Shown: piece by piece, positions 22,456 to 31,736 of the stretch
Layout: each line of letters opens with the position of its first letter
Position numbering within the stretch: the stretch's first letter is position 1
Source of the DNA: an uncultured delta proteobacterium
Lineage (GTDB): Bacteria > Desulfobacterota > WTBG01 > CAIYCZ01
NCBI GenBank assembly: GCA_963803975.1
Contig: CAWDOY010000025.1
Span: forward strand, 1 to 64,000
Reading direction: 5' to 3'
DNA: 64,000 bases
The notes under the pieces: generated by a model
Told to the model about the DNA's origin: nothing
What the model saw: only the letters and a program-made list of their open reading frames with translations
Database searches by the model: none
Translations under genes and position numbers: made by a program

Positions 22456-22962
22456 ATGCGGCATGCAGTGACAAAAAAACAGCAAAACAGCAAAATGTGC
22501 CTTGTCTGCGGGTTGAAGAACCCCTACGGCCTGCGCGCGTCATTTTATGAAATGGACAATCAGGAGCTGGTGGCTCTGATCCGCCCCCGGGATGAGCACC
22601 AGAGCTATCCGGGCCGGCTGCACGGGGGACTGACGACCGCGCTGCTGGATGAGACCATCGGCCGTGCGATCATGATGAAATACCCTGAGGTAATGTGGGG
22701 CGTGACCGTGGATTTTCAAACGAGGTTCAGGAAACCGGTGCCGCTTGATGTTGAGCTGCGCGTAATCGGCAGGATAACAAGCGACAACAGCAGGTTCTTT
22801 GAGGGGACCGGTGAGATCCTGCTGCCGGATGGTGACATCGCCGCCACCGGTTATGGCAAGTACATCAAGCTCCCTCTGGAAAAGATTTCCGACTTTGATC
22901 ACGAAGAGCAGGAGTGGCGCGTTGTGCCGTCAGCGTCTGATCCAATTGAAATCGATTACTAA
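22456..22962 (+). CDS. PaaI-family thioesterase
   Basis: CLVCG..NP.GL, HQSYPGRLHGG...LLDE, FRKPVP. Confidence 0.88.
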   Translation: MRHAVTKKQQNSKMCLVCGLKNPYGLRASFYEMDNQELVALIRPRDEHQSYPGRLHGGLTTALLDETIGRAIMMKYPEVMWGVTVDFQTRFRKPVPLDVELRVIGRITSDNSRFFEGTGEILLPDGDIAATGYGKYIKLPLEKISDFDHEEQEWRVVPSASDPIEIDY

Positions 22963-23097
22963 CAGGCACTTAGATTAAATCTGACAATGGTAATGACTTC
23001 TTAATAAAGTATTGCATGGCTTACGAAGCACTGCTCTGGTGCTTCACAGAAGAAGTCTGCACTTTTCAGCGGAAAGAGATCACCACAAGATGTAGAT

Positions 23098-23138
23098 AAA
23101 AATAAAGGCAGAGCCATTGCTGACCTGCCTTTATTTTT
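23098..23138. terminator. Bidirectional terminator between convergent genes
   Basis: aaaaataaaggcag...ctgcctttattttt; a related hairpin with the same gccattgct loop lies near 27500-27535. Confidence 0.75.
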
Positions 23139-23151
23139 ACAAATGACTTTA

Positions 23152-23571
23152 TCAGTGCTTTCCGGGCGCCAGTTTTACTCCGCGGCGCTCATACAGCATA
23201 TAGGCCTGCAAAGCCGTCATTTTGGGGTCATCCCATTCAAGGGGATCCCCCTCCAGCGTGTTCATCAGGCACCAGTTGGTCATTTCCATGAGCGTCACGA
23301 CCTTGCCGATCTGCTTCTGGAACTTGGGGTATGTTTCCGGATGGGTATTGGCGGCATTGGGATGGCACTGTGCGCAGGCGACCGTGTTCTTGCCCAGTTT
23401 GCTGCTGTGAAAAAGCTCGCTGCCCTTCTTGACTGAAGCCATGAACTCCTGGTCCCACCTTTTCAGGTCCTCTTTGGTGAATTCGGCTGAGCGGGCCGGC
23501 ATGGCCCATACCAGGGCAAAAACCACTATAAGAAAAACCATACACTGCTTTTTAGAATCTTGCATGGGCAC
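23152..23571 (-). CDS. Secreted monoheme c-type cytochrome with a SoxA/TsdA-like domain
   Basis: Signal peptide, CAQCH, YPKF....G.V.TL.E..NWCL...LEG. Confidence 0.75.
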   Translation of the reverse strand: MPMQDSKKQCMVFLIVVFALVWAMPARSAEFTKEDLKRWDQEFMASVKKGSELFHSSKLGKNTVACAQCHPNAANTHPETYPKFQKQIGKVVTLMEMTNWCLMNTLEGDPLEWDDPKMTALQAYMLYERRGVKLAPGKH

Positions 23572-23589
23572 CTCCCTGTGGCAAAAGTA

Positions 23590-24663
23590 TTAGTAATGCG
23601 TCTGCGGCGGCAACTGTTTTTCCGAAGCCTGGTACATGGTATCCACCGGTTTTTTGAGCTTTGCATCATACACGATGCTTCTGTTGGTGTTGTTGGGCAA
23701 CTGGTAGTGCATGTCCACGTTTCCGGTACGGACATTTATGAATTCCCAGCCCGTGGCATCCCGCTCAAAAAAAGGATCGCCCCGGTTCATCCGTACGGTG
23801 ATCTCGGGCAGGTAGCTCGGCTCCTGCACATAGCTGTTGGGATAGGGCCAGGGCCAGGCCGTGGCCATGACCGCGTGGAAGCTGATATTGCCGATCTGAT
23901 TGTACTGGATCTGATGAACATGCCCATACACCACCGTGACCTTCTTGAACGGCTTGAGCAGCGCCTGCACATCTTCGGCATCATCGGTCCAGAAGTTCCA
24001 GCCTTTGTAGATCTTCTGCAGCGGCGAGTGCGAGCAGACGATGACGGGCGTGTCCCTGCTTACCTTCTCCAGATCCTGCTTCAGCCAGGCACGCTGTTTT
24101 TCACCCACCATAAAGGGTGAGCCATCGGGGTTGTCAAGGCGAGCCATGGCCTGCATGCGGTCCATGGGCGTCGGCCACTTGCGCGTCCAGTCGTCATGGG
24201 TCAGAATGCTGTTGAGCACGATAAAGTGCACGCCCTTGTGGTCGAAACTGTACCACTGGGGCCCCAGTTTGCTCTCCCAGTACTGGCCGAGGTCAAGGTA
24301 GTAATCGTGCTCGCCCATGACATAGTGGACTTTCGGCTTCAGCTTGGACAGCAGCTCAAGGCCGTGGTCGATCTCTTCCTTCGTGCCGAGCTGCGCGATG
24401 TCGCCGCCGTAGATGATAAAATCGGGCGCCGGCGACATGAGGTTGACTTCGGCAACCGCTCTGACAAGCCCGCGGTCGAAGTTCTGAACGAACTTGTTCT
24501 CCCCGATGTGGGAAATATGGGAGTCGGAGATGTGGGCAAACGTGAAATCCTCCCGGGAGGCGGAAGCCCCGAACGCCACCTTAACCAGGCTGACGGGCAG
24601 CGCACCCGCGACCAGACATGCACCAGCCCCCTTCAAAAGCTCGCGTCGATTCATTTTTATCAT
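23590..24663 (-). CDS. Tat-exported metallophosphoesterase (calcineurin-like)
   Basis: NRRELLK twin-arginine signal; ISDSH, GGD, GEHD, HSP and GHVH motifs. Confidence 0.88.
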   Translation of the reverse strand: MIKMNRRELLKGAGACLVAGALPVSLVKVAFGASASREDFTFAHISDSHISHIGENKFVQNFDRGLVRAVAEVNLMSPAPDFIIYGGDIAQLGTKEEIDHGLELLSKLKPKVHYVMGEHDYYLDLGQYWESKLGPQWYSFDHKGVHFIVLNSILTHDDWTRKWPTPMDRMQAMARLDNPDGSPFMVGEKQRAWLKQDLEKVSRDTPVIVCSHSPLQKIYKGWNFWTDDAEDVQALLKPFKKVTVVYGHVHQIQYNQIGNISFHAVMATAWPWPYPNSYVQEPSYLPEITVRMNRGDPFFERDATGWEFINVRTGNVDMHYQLPNNTNRSIVYDAKLKKPVDTMYQASEKQLPPQTHY

Positions 24664-24697
24664 GACGTCCTCCTTCAGCTGTGTGACGCGCAGCGGT

Positions 24698-25808
24698 TTA
24701 GAATTTTTCATATTCCGGGCTGGTGAGGGTCTTCAAAAACTCCACCAGGTCCGCCTCCTGCTCTTTGCTGAGCTTGAGCGGCCGGATGCCGCCGTCAAGA
24801 TAGGGAGAAAAGGGATCGGTGTCTTTTACCCTGCCGCCGTTATTGTAGAATGTCACCACGTCTTCCAGTTTGGCCAGGCTGCCGTCATGCCCGTAAGGGG
24901 CGGTTTTGGCTATATTGCGCAGGGTGGGCGTCTTGAAACTGCCCATGTCCTGAAGAGCTCCGGATACAACCAGGCGCCCCAGCTCGGAGGTTTTCTCTTT
25001 GGTCAGGACCTCATCACCCACGGTAGCCCCTTTGCGTCTGGCTTCCATGTGCGCCTTCACTACGGCCTCTTCGCTGCCTGCTATTTTTGCAAATCCCAGC
25101 CCGATATTGTGAAAGCGGTTGTTGGTGAAGAGCGCCTGCGTCTCCTCGATGACGTGGCAGGACACGCAGCGTGCCTGCCCGCGGAAAAGCGCAAGGCCGC
25201 GTTTGGCAGCAGGGCTTATTGCCTTCGCATCGCCGCCATACTGGTAGCGGTCAAAGGGGGAATCCCCGGAAATGATGGTCCGCTCGAAAGCCCCGATGGC
25301 TTTTTGCACCTCATCCATGGTGATCTGGTCTCCGGTCTTGCCGAAGGCCTTCTTGAAAAGATCAGCGTATTCGGCATCGGTCCGGACAATTTTCAAGATG
25401 GGGTCGTGGTTCGGCAGGCCCATTTCAATGGGGTTTATAAAGGGCTGTGCCGACTGGGCTTCAAGCGTGGGCTCCCTGCCGTCCCAGAACTGGGTCTGCA
25501 GATAGGCTGCATTGACCACCGTGGGAGCGCTGCGGGTACCCTTGAGCTTGTTGATCCCCTCGGATACGGGCAGCAGGTCGGTAAAGACCTTTTCCCGTGC
25601 ATGGCACGTGGCGCAATTGACCTCGCCGGTTGAGCTGAACCGCTTGTCATGGAAAAGCTTGTCCCCGAGGGCGATCTTCTCGGGTGTCTGGGGATTGTCG
25701 GCCGGGATCGGTACCGGCGGCAGTCCCAGAGGCGTGCCTGCAGCAGCAGAAAAGCTGTACAAGAACATGACAGCTGCGGCCGCAAGACAATGATAAATAA
25801 TTTTTCAT
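24698..25808 (-). CDS. Di-heme cytochrome c peroxidase / MauG-family protein (frameshift in the signal peptide)
   Basis: DNP.TPEKI.LG..LF.D, CATCH, QFWDGR, CVSCH, FKTPTLRN, APYGHDG; ATG at 25808 behind an RBS. Confidence 0.92.
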
Positions 25809-25865
25809 GGCCTGATTCCTCCTTTCCTGTAGGGAATTGATGGGAACTCGCTTTCGGATGTAAAA

Positions 25866-25894
25866 AGTATAGGCCGGTGATAATTGTGTGTCAA
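25866..25894 (-). promoter_or_regulatory. Sigma70-type promoter of the peroxidase operon
   Basis: TTGACA-17 nt-TATACT on the minus strand. Confidence 0.75.
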
Positions 25895-26079
25895 TAAAAA
25901 TCCGTCGCAAGATATTGGCAGGGGTTAACCGGACAAAAATCAACATCTTGTGGTGGGCGTTACAGGAAAAAAGTGTAGCTTATGTATCAACAGCGAGAGA
26001 AGTTTAGCAGCCTAAATTCTTTGCACACTTCTTTTGCAAAGCGTCACTGGCAGTTCAAGAAAATCATCAGTAAGCACAC
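25866..26079. repeat. Copy A of a diverged non-coding repeat carrying a promoter and NrdR-like boxes
   Basis: The 5' half matches 29069-29185 and the 3' half matches 27300-27460. Confidence 0.8.
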
Positions 26080-26306
26080 CCATCTTTAGCACAGGGGCAG
26101 CAATCTGTCTCCGGGAGATTGTTTCAAGGTATTGAACCATAGTAAACTCAATAGAATATGCCGCCAGCACAGCCAGGTTGTCACCAGACTGCATTGGATA
26201 CCCCAAGGTATATGTTTATTTAAAACGCAATACAGTTGAATCTGTCTCTCTGAGCGATTCTCAGGGTACTCTTCGATCGATGAAGAGGAAGAATAAACAT
26301 ATGCTC

Positions 26307-26969
26307 TCAGCCTTCGCATCTGCCAGATTTGCACTGCCCATTTATATATGTGTCATCACCCGTTACAATCATACAGTATGTTCCATCAGGATATAAGCCA
26401 TCTTCATCTCGACAATTACACTCAAATTGAGTCAACTGTTCGCAGTACAAACAATATGAATCATAATTTTCATAACAAACCTTATCCACATCACACTTGA
26501 TACTGGCATTGTCACACTGATAATCTGAAGGAGGTAGCAGCTCTATTTCAGGATATTTCATGTAATCATCTGCAGGTGGAGGAGGCCCGCCCCTATTAAT
26601 GATAAGAGGTCTAAAACGCAATTTCACGTTACTAAGGATAAGGAAAGATTCATTGTCTGTTGTTTTCAGGGATATGCCCTTTGATTCATAGCGTTTATCA
26701 AAGCTTACCATTTCACGGCAATAAGCAATAGATGAGCATTCTTCAGGAACATTTAACTGTTTTGAAGAAATTGTGATTGTTCCAATGATTACAATATTGT
26801 CAGTTACTGTTAACTTGCCACCATGGACTGACAAATAAGAGTAATCCAGAGAGTTGAGGAGTGACAATAAATCATGTTCAGTATATATAATATTTGTTTG
26901 TTCACAAGATTCCAACAAAAGAGATAGCAGGCAGGATAGTAACAGTACAAATATTTTTTTACTTTTCAT
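26307..26969 (-). CDS. AT-rich hypothetical lipoprotein with a Cys-rich C-terminal domain
   Basis: RBS plus MKSKKIFVLLLSCLLSLLLESC lipobox; ten Cys in the last ~70 aa; visibly lower GC than its neighbours. Confidence 0.7.
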   Translation of the reverse strand: MKSKKIFVLLLSCLLSLLLESCEQTNIIYTEHDLLSLLNSLDYSYLSVHGGKLTVTDNIVIIGTITISSKQLNVPEECSSIAYCREMVSFDKRYESKGISLKTTDNESFLILSNVKLRFRPLIINRGGPPPPADDYMKYPEIELLPPSDYQCDNASIKCDVDKVCYENYDSYCLYCEQLTQFECNCRDEDGLYPDGTYCMIVTGDDTYINGQCKSGRCEG

Positions 26970-27299
26970 TTTACCCTCCCTTTTAGAACAAAAAACCCTC
27001 ACCAGCATCAATTGCTGATTGAGAGCTTATCCTTGAACTACTTTATAATTCTCCCGCCGCTTTCATTTCAATCACCTTTTTTGCCCCGCTTAGTTTCTGC
27101 CTATGACTTCAACTAAGCGAGAGACATTCGAAATTACCATCCTTATACGCTTATAATTATTGGAATGTCAATTCATTTCGGCGACTTTCAAGAAAATACA
27201 AACAATTTTAAAAATGGAGTACTATTAAACAGGAAATGTTTTCTGTAGGGCTGTGGAAGAAGTTATCTTGAGGTAGGTGTAGCGGTTTTAAAGGAAAGG

Positions 27300-27460
27300 G
27301 GACAGAAGCAGGGACAGATAATCAACATATTGTGGTGGGCATTACCCACTGAAAAGTGCAGCTTATGTATCAACTCCGAGAGTAGTGATTCAGTCGTAAA
27401 TATCAGTTGCACACTTCTTTTGCAAAGCGTTAATGGAAGTTCATAAAAATCAGAAAGCAT
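27300..27460. repeat. Copy B of the non-coding repeat
   Basis: aatcaacat.ttgtggtgggc.ttac...agcttatgtatcaac...ttgcacacttcttttgcaaagcgt shared with 25930-26076. Confidence 0.82.
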
Positions 27461-27694
27461 GAATTTTGATTTATAAGAAGCTGCCACAATATGTGGGTAT
27501 AAAAATGCAGGGCCATTGCTAACCCTGCTTATTTAATAAAGACTTCCCAATCAAAGAAGACAATTACACGCATCGCTTACTACCGTACTATGGAATTTTG
27601 ACAACCGATCACAGACACACGATGGTGCGATCAGCAACATTCGATTCCTCCTGCGCATATAGATCTGCCGGCAAATATGCGCCTGCGCGCCTGT

Positions 27695-29020
27695 TTACAC
27701 ATTCGGGAATCCCATCCGTGCTGCAGGTTTTATGAGCTGCAGGACCTGCTCCGGCCGGAACCTGGCCATCTTCTGCGCAAGCTGCGGGCGCTCCTGTTTT
27801 ATACGCTCAAGGTGAGGCTGCAGGCCTGCCATGATACCGCTGTAAAGCTTGAACGGATTCATCGTCCAGCGGAGCTTTTGGCTAACAATATTGTGAAGGT
27901 AGTTATACTCATCTTCAGTAAACATCCGGTTAAAAAGCGGATAGCAGAGGAAATCGCGGTAATCGTGGGTTGCAAGCCAGTTCTGCTTCCACCAGGTGAT
28001 GTAGTTCATGACGCCGTCCCTGTTGGGCATTCCCCGATGAAGCGCCTCAGATACGGCATGTGCGGCCTTATGGCCTGAAAGCAGAGCACCCGAGTTTTCC
28101 GCTTCGGAAAACCAGCAGCTGTCGCCGACAAAAACAACATTGTCCTTAAACGGCTCTCGCGCCGGACTCCAGTTGTTGACAACACATGCGCGGGTGTGGG
28201 TTATCTCAAGCCGCGGGAACCAGCTTTTAAAGTTGCTTCGTTTTGTGAGAAACTCAAACTGCGCGTCACCGCTCACAAAAAACCAGTACTCGTCATCACG
28301 GTACACACTGGGCATAAAGCAGAACGGAACAGGCCCCAGACCGCCTGCATCATAGCTTATGCCCAGGAATATTGCCTCGGAGCGTTCGAACTCAACACCC
28401 GTGACATAATGGCTGATGGATTTTCTGGTGTTAATAAAAAGCCGCTCTTTGTTCAGGCCTGTTATCTTTGCAAGCCGTGAATTGATACCATCTGCTGCAA
28501 TACAGAAGGTGCCGACTAACCGCTCGCCTTCGCTTGTCATGATTTCCACCCCGGCAGCAGTCTTTCGCACATCTATGACATTGCGCTCAAGATAATAGCA
28601 AACCCCGGCCTTCTGCCCTTCCTCATATAAACCGTTCAGCAGCGCCCCCTTGTCAAAAACAACCGCTGGAGTACCGTTGCCAGATGCATTCAGCTCGTAA
28701 TCTCCTATCTCAATGCGATCAGTGGCATTGGGGGAAATGAAGTGGCAGGCATAAAACTCGCGGTAGTTGCCGCTGTAGTTGACGGTAAAGTTGTTGACCG
28801 GGAATACCCATTTTTTCTTTTCCCTTGAAAAATACATGTGTTCCTCGTAGAACGAGTCCATGTTCATCAGAAACATCTGCGCGCATGAGCGCTGAATCTT
28901 GGCAGGATGCGTTTTGCGCTCAAGAAGCGCCACCTTCAAACCGTTTTCCGCTGCTGTCTTTGCTGCCTCAAGACCGGACGTTCCACCACCGACGACAATC
29001 ACATCAAATTTATTTGCCAT
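27695..29020 (-). CDS. NAD(P)/FAD-dependent oxidoreductase, geranylgeranyl reductase/FixC-like family (paralog 1)
   Basis: DVIVVGGGTSG, RSC, DKGALL.GL, IAADGINS, VFVGDS. Confidence 0.85.
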   Translation of the reverse strand: MANKFDVIVVGGGTSGLEAAKTAAENGLKVALLERKTHPAKIQRSCAQMFLMNMDSFYEEHMYFSREKKKWVFPVNNFTVNYSGNYREFYACHFISPNATDRIEIGDYELNASGNGTPAVVFDKGALLNGLYEEGQKAGVCYYLERNVIDVRKTAAGVEIMTSEGERLVGTFCIAADGINSRLAKITGLNKERLFINTRKSISHYVTGVEFERSEAIFLGISYDAGGLGPVPFCFMPSVYRDDEYWFFVSGDAQFEFLTKRSNFKSWFPRLEITHTRACVVNNWSPAREPFKDNVVFVGDSCWFSEAENSGALLSGHKAAHAVSEALHRGMPNRDGVMNYITWWKQNWLATHDYRDFLCYPLFNRMFTEDEYNYLHNIVSQKLRWTMNPFKLYSGIMAGLQPHLERIKQERPQLAQKMARFRPEQVLQLIKPAARMGFPNV

Positions 29021-29068
29021 ACAGAACCCCTGAGTATTTGTTTATAGGAACCTGCTTTAAAAATGAAA

Positions 29069-29185
29069 TAGTATAGGCTGCGCTATTGTGTGTCAATAAA
29101 AAATCTCTCGAGAATATGGACAGGGGTTGTTCGGACAGCAAGTCAACAATCATGTGGTGAGTATTAAAGGGAAATAACTGCAGGT
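29069..29185. repeat. Copy C of the non-coding repeat, including a minus-strand TTGACA...TACTAT promoter
   Basis: gtatagg...attgtgtgtcaataaaaa...caggggtt...cggaca...tcaaca....tgtggtg shared with copy A. Confidence 0.78.
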
Positions 29186-29311
29186 TCAACTCCATATTTT
29201 TACAAACAAAAAAAGAAGGATTGCAGTATCCTTCCTTTTTTTATTGCCATGTTTCCTGCAGCGAAAAAGTGTTTCCTGCTATGTTCCCCGCACAATGTCG
29301 GTTGCCGAGGC

Positions 29312-30588
29312 CTATGTCCAGTGTTTCTCGATCTTTTCCGCAATGTCCGGTTTCTCTTTCCTGATCTGGTCAATGTGGCTCATGATGGCGTGCTTCATGA
29401 CTTCCGGAGCAGAATTTTCGCTCACGTAGCCCGTATACTGCTCATTGTCCGTCAGGCTGAATATGTAGTCCAGCTCTTCATCGCTCATCATGTGCAGGCC
29501 GAACCCGCGCAGTGCTTTTTCAATTTCCCCCGGCCAGCAGTACTCAAATGACTCACGCCAGAAACTGGAATACTCGTCATAGCCGCTTCCGGTAGCAAGC
29601 ACCTTGAGCGCTGCGTGCGCGGCACGGTAACCGTACACCATGGCAGACTGGCAGTAGGTTTCGATAAAGGAGGCCGTGTCTCCGACCACCACGATATTGC
29701 CCTCTACCGGGTTCAGGACGCAGGTGTAAAAATTGAGGACCGCGGATGCCGAGTGCACAATTTTCGCATTACGGAACCAGTGGGCAAAATTGACCCTTGC
29801 GCATGAAGTGATCAAGCGCCAGCTTTGCGGGAACCCCAGTCGGCGTGCCGCACATGATATCAATTATGGGCTCATCTCCCGGTTTTGCAGTGGGCAGATG
29901 CTTGGGCATGAAGTAGAGCTGGCCCCTGCCCCATTTCGTGTGGCCCTGCCCCACAAACGTTACCCATGAATCCGGGTACGGGTTCTCCACCCCTTCAAGA
30001 AAGTAGGAGGCAACGTGGAACGTGCCGAAATAGGTTCTTGTCTTTGCCAGCTCAAGGCACCGCGTGATCTGTGAATTGACGCCGTCAGCGGCAAAAGCTA
30101 TCTTGCAGCGCACTTCCTTGAGCGTTCGAGAGCGGGTGCCGCGCAGGATTACTTTTACCCCGCCGTCAACATTCTCAGCCTTTATGCCCGCGGTCTCGGT
30201 AAGGATATCCACCCCGTTTGCCACGGCATCTTCCATGAGGCCCTTCAAAAGCACGTCTTTACTGTAGGGGTGGGCCACGCCCTCTTTCTCATTTGCCATG
30301 GTGAGCTTTTTACCGCCGGGTGACAGGCGGATGCTTTGCTTCATCTTGACCCACTGGCCGGTGTAGCGCACCGTAAAATCCGGTCTTTTCAAAGTGGATG
30401 TTATTGTCAACTATGGTGGCCGTGTCTCCGTGGGTGTTCGGCTCATTGATGAGCATCGTGCAGCACGAGCGGTTGATGACCGGGATGTCTTTTTTGATAT
30501 CAACCAGCAGGACATCCTGCCTGGCGTTTGATAGCTCTTTGGCGATCATCAGCCCGGCGGGGCCGGCGCCGATTATGACAACAATCAT
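29312..30588 (-). CDS. Geranylgeranyl reductase/FixC-like flavoprotein (paralog 2; two frameshifts)
   Basis: IGAGPAG, RSCC, KDVLLKGL, AADGVNS, VVVGDTA across ORFs 30310..30588, 29769..30410 and 29312..29863. Confidence 0.83.
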
Positions 30589-30638
30589 AGGTACTCTTCA
30601 TTTCACAAGGCTCCTGTCAATCAGGGAAAATCCCTGTC

Positions 30639-30899
30639 TCACTTGGAAGGCAGTTTTACCTCGCCCGGTGCGCCGGCTCCATCAGCAAACGGGTTGCTGG
30701 GGTAATTGAACACAATAATATCCGGGAACCGGCAGTCGACAAAGATTGCGTCTACCCCGCACGCGGCCCGGCAGGTCCCGCATTCAATGCAGGACACCTG
30801 ATCAATGTAGGACCGGTCATCAATAAAGCGTATCGCCAGACGCGGGCAGAGATTAACGCACGCGCCGCATCCAACACATTGTTCTCGATTTACCCTCAT
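30639..30899 (-). CDS. 2[4Fe-4S] ferredoxin
   Basis: CVGCGACVNLCP and CIECGTCRAAC. Confidence 0.9.
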   Translation of the reverse strand: MRVNREQCVGCGACVNLCPRLAIRFIDDRSYIDQVSCIECGTCRAACGVDAIFVDCRFPDIIVFNYPSNPFADGAGAPGEVKLPSK

Positions 30900-30940
30900 C
30901 GCTGTCTTCCTGTTTTGGTATTAACGCTTTAGTGCCGCTG

Positions 30941-31720
30941 CTATGGCCGGCACTGCACGCACACTTCAAAAAAGTCTTCAGCCAGCTTCACCTTTTTCTG
31001 TATATATTCAAGCTGAAACGCCGGGGCAAATGGCTCACCGCATTCGCGGCAACGCTTCATTTCAAAATTCACTTTCCAGTTGTCGATGATTCTCGCCGGC
31101 CCGTTCACCACACTGCCGTCAGGCTGAATAAACTGCTCCCCTTCCGCGATATCCCGCAGCGTAATCGCGCCGGTGGGACATATCGCGAAGCAGGTGCCGC
31201 AGCCGATGCAGGCCTCGGAGCGCTCAAAATAGGGCGCTGCAGCCTTCTTTTCATAGCCGCGCTGCGCGAAATCAATGGCACTCACGCCCACCAGCTCGCT
31301 GCAGGCACGGATGCACTGGCCGCAGGCAATGCAGAGCTCATTTCTCGGCGCAAAGCGCGCCGGCTTCTCAGCGCCTAGTTCTGCTGCCAGATCCTGCAGC
31401 ACTTTCGCCTCAGGCGCTTCGGCGAGCAGCAGCGCGACAATAAAGCGGCGCAGCTTTATGATCCGCTCTGTTGCGGTTTTTACTTTGATGCCCTCTTCCG
31501 CCTCATAGGCGCAGGATGAAACAATCTGGCGGGCATCGCCGCGCGTCACCTCAACGATGCACAGGCGGCATCCGCCGTACGGGGTCAGCGCCTCGTGATG
31601 GCACAGGGTCGGAATGCGGATTCCAGACTGCCGGGCAGCCTCAAGGATGGTCGTCCCTTTTTCCACCTGCACATCTATTCCGTCAATCTTACATGCTATC
31701 ATCCCGTTCATCTCCTCCAA
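30941..31720 (-). CDS. NuoG/HydA N-terminal-like iron-sulfur subunit ([2Fe-2S] plus [4Fe-4S]), no H-cluster or Mo domain
   Basis: IPTLC....L.PYGGCRLCIVE...SSC, CIACGQCIRAC, CIGCGTCFAICP, C-terminal CxxC pairs; only 259 aa. Confidence 0.85.
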   Translation of the reverse strand: MEEMNGMIACKIDGIDVQVEKGTTILEAARQSGIRIPTLCHHEALTPYGGCRLCIVEVTRGDARQIVSSCAYEAEEGIKVKTATERIIKLRRFIVALLLAEAPEAKVLQDLAAELGAEKPARFAPRNELCIACGQCIRACSELVGVSAIDFAQRGYEKKAAAPYFERSEACIGCGTCFAICPTGAITLRDIAEGEQFIQPDGSVVNGPARIIDNWKVNFEMKRCRECGEPFAPAFQLEYIQKKVKLAEDFFEVCVQCRP

Positions 31721-31736
31721 CAGGGATCATTTCAAA

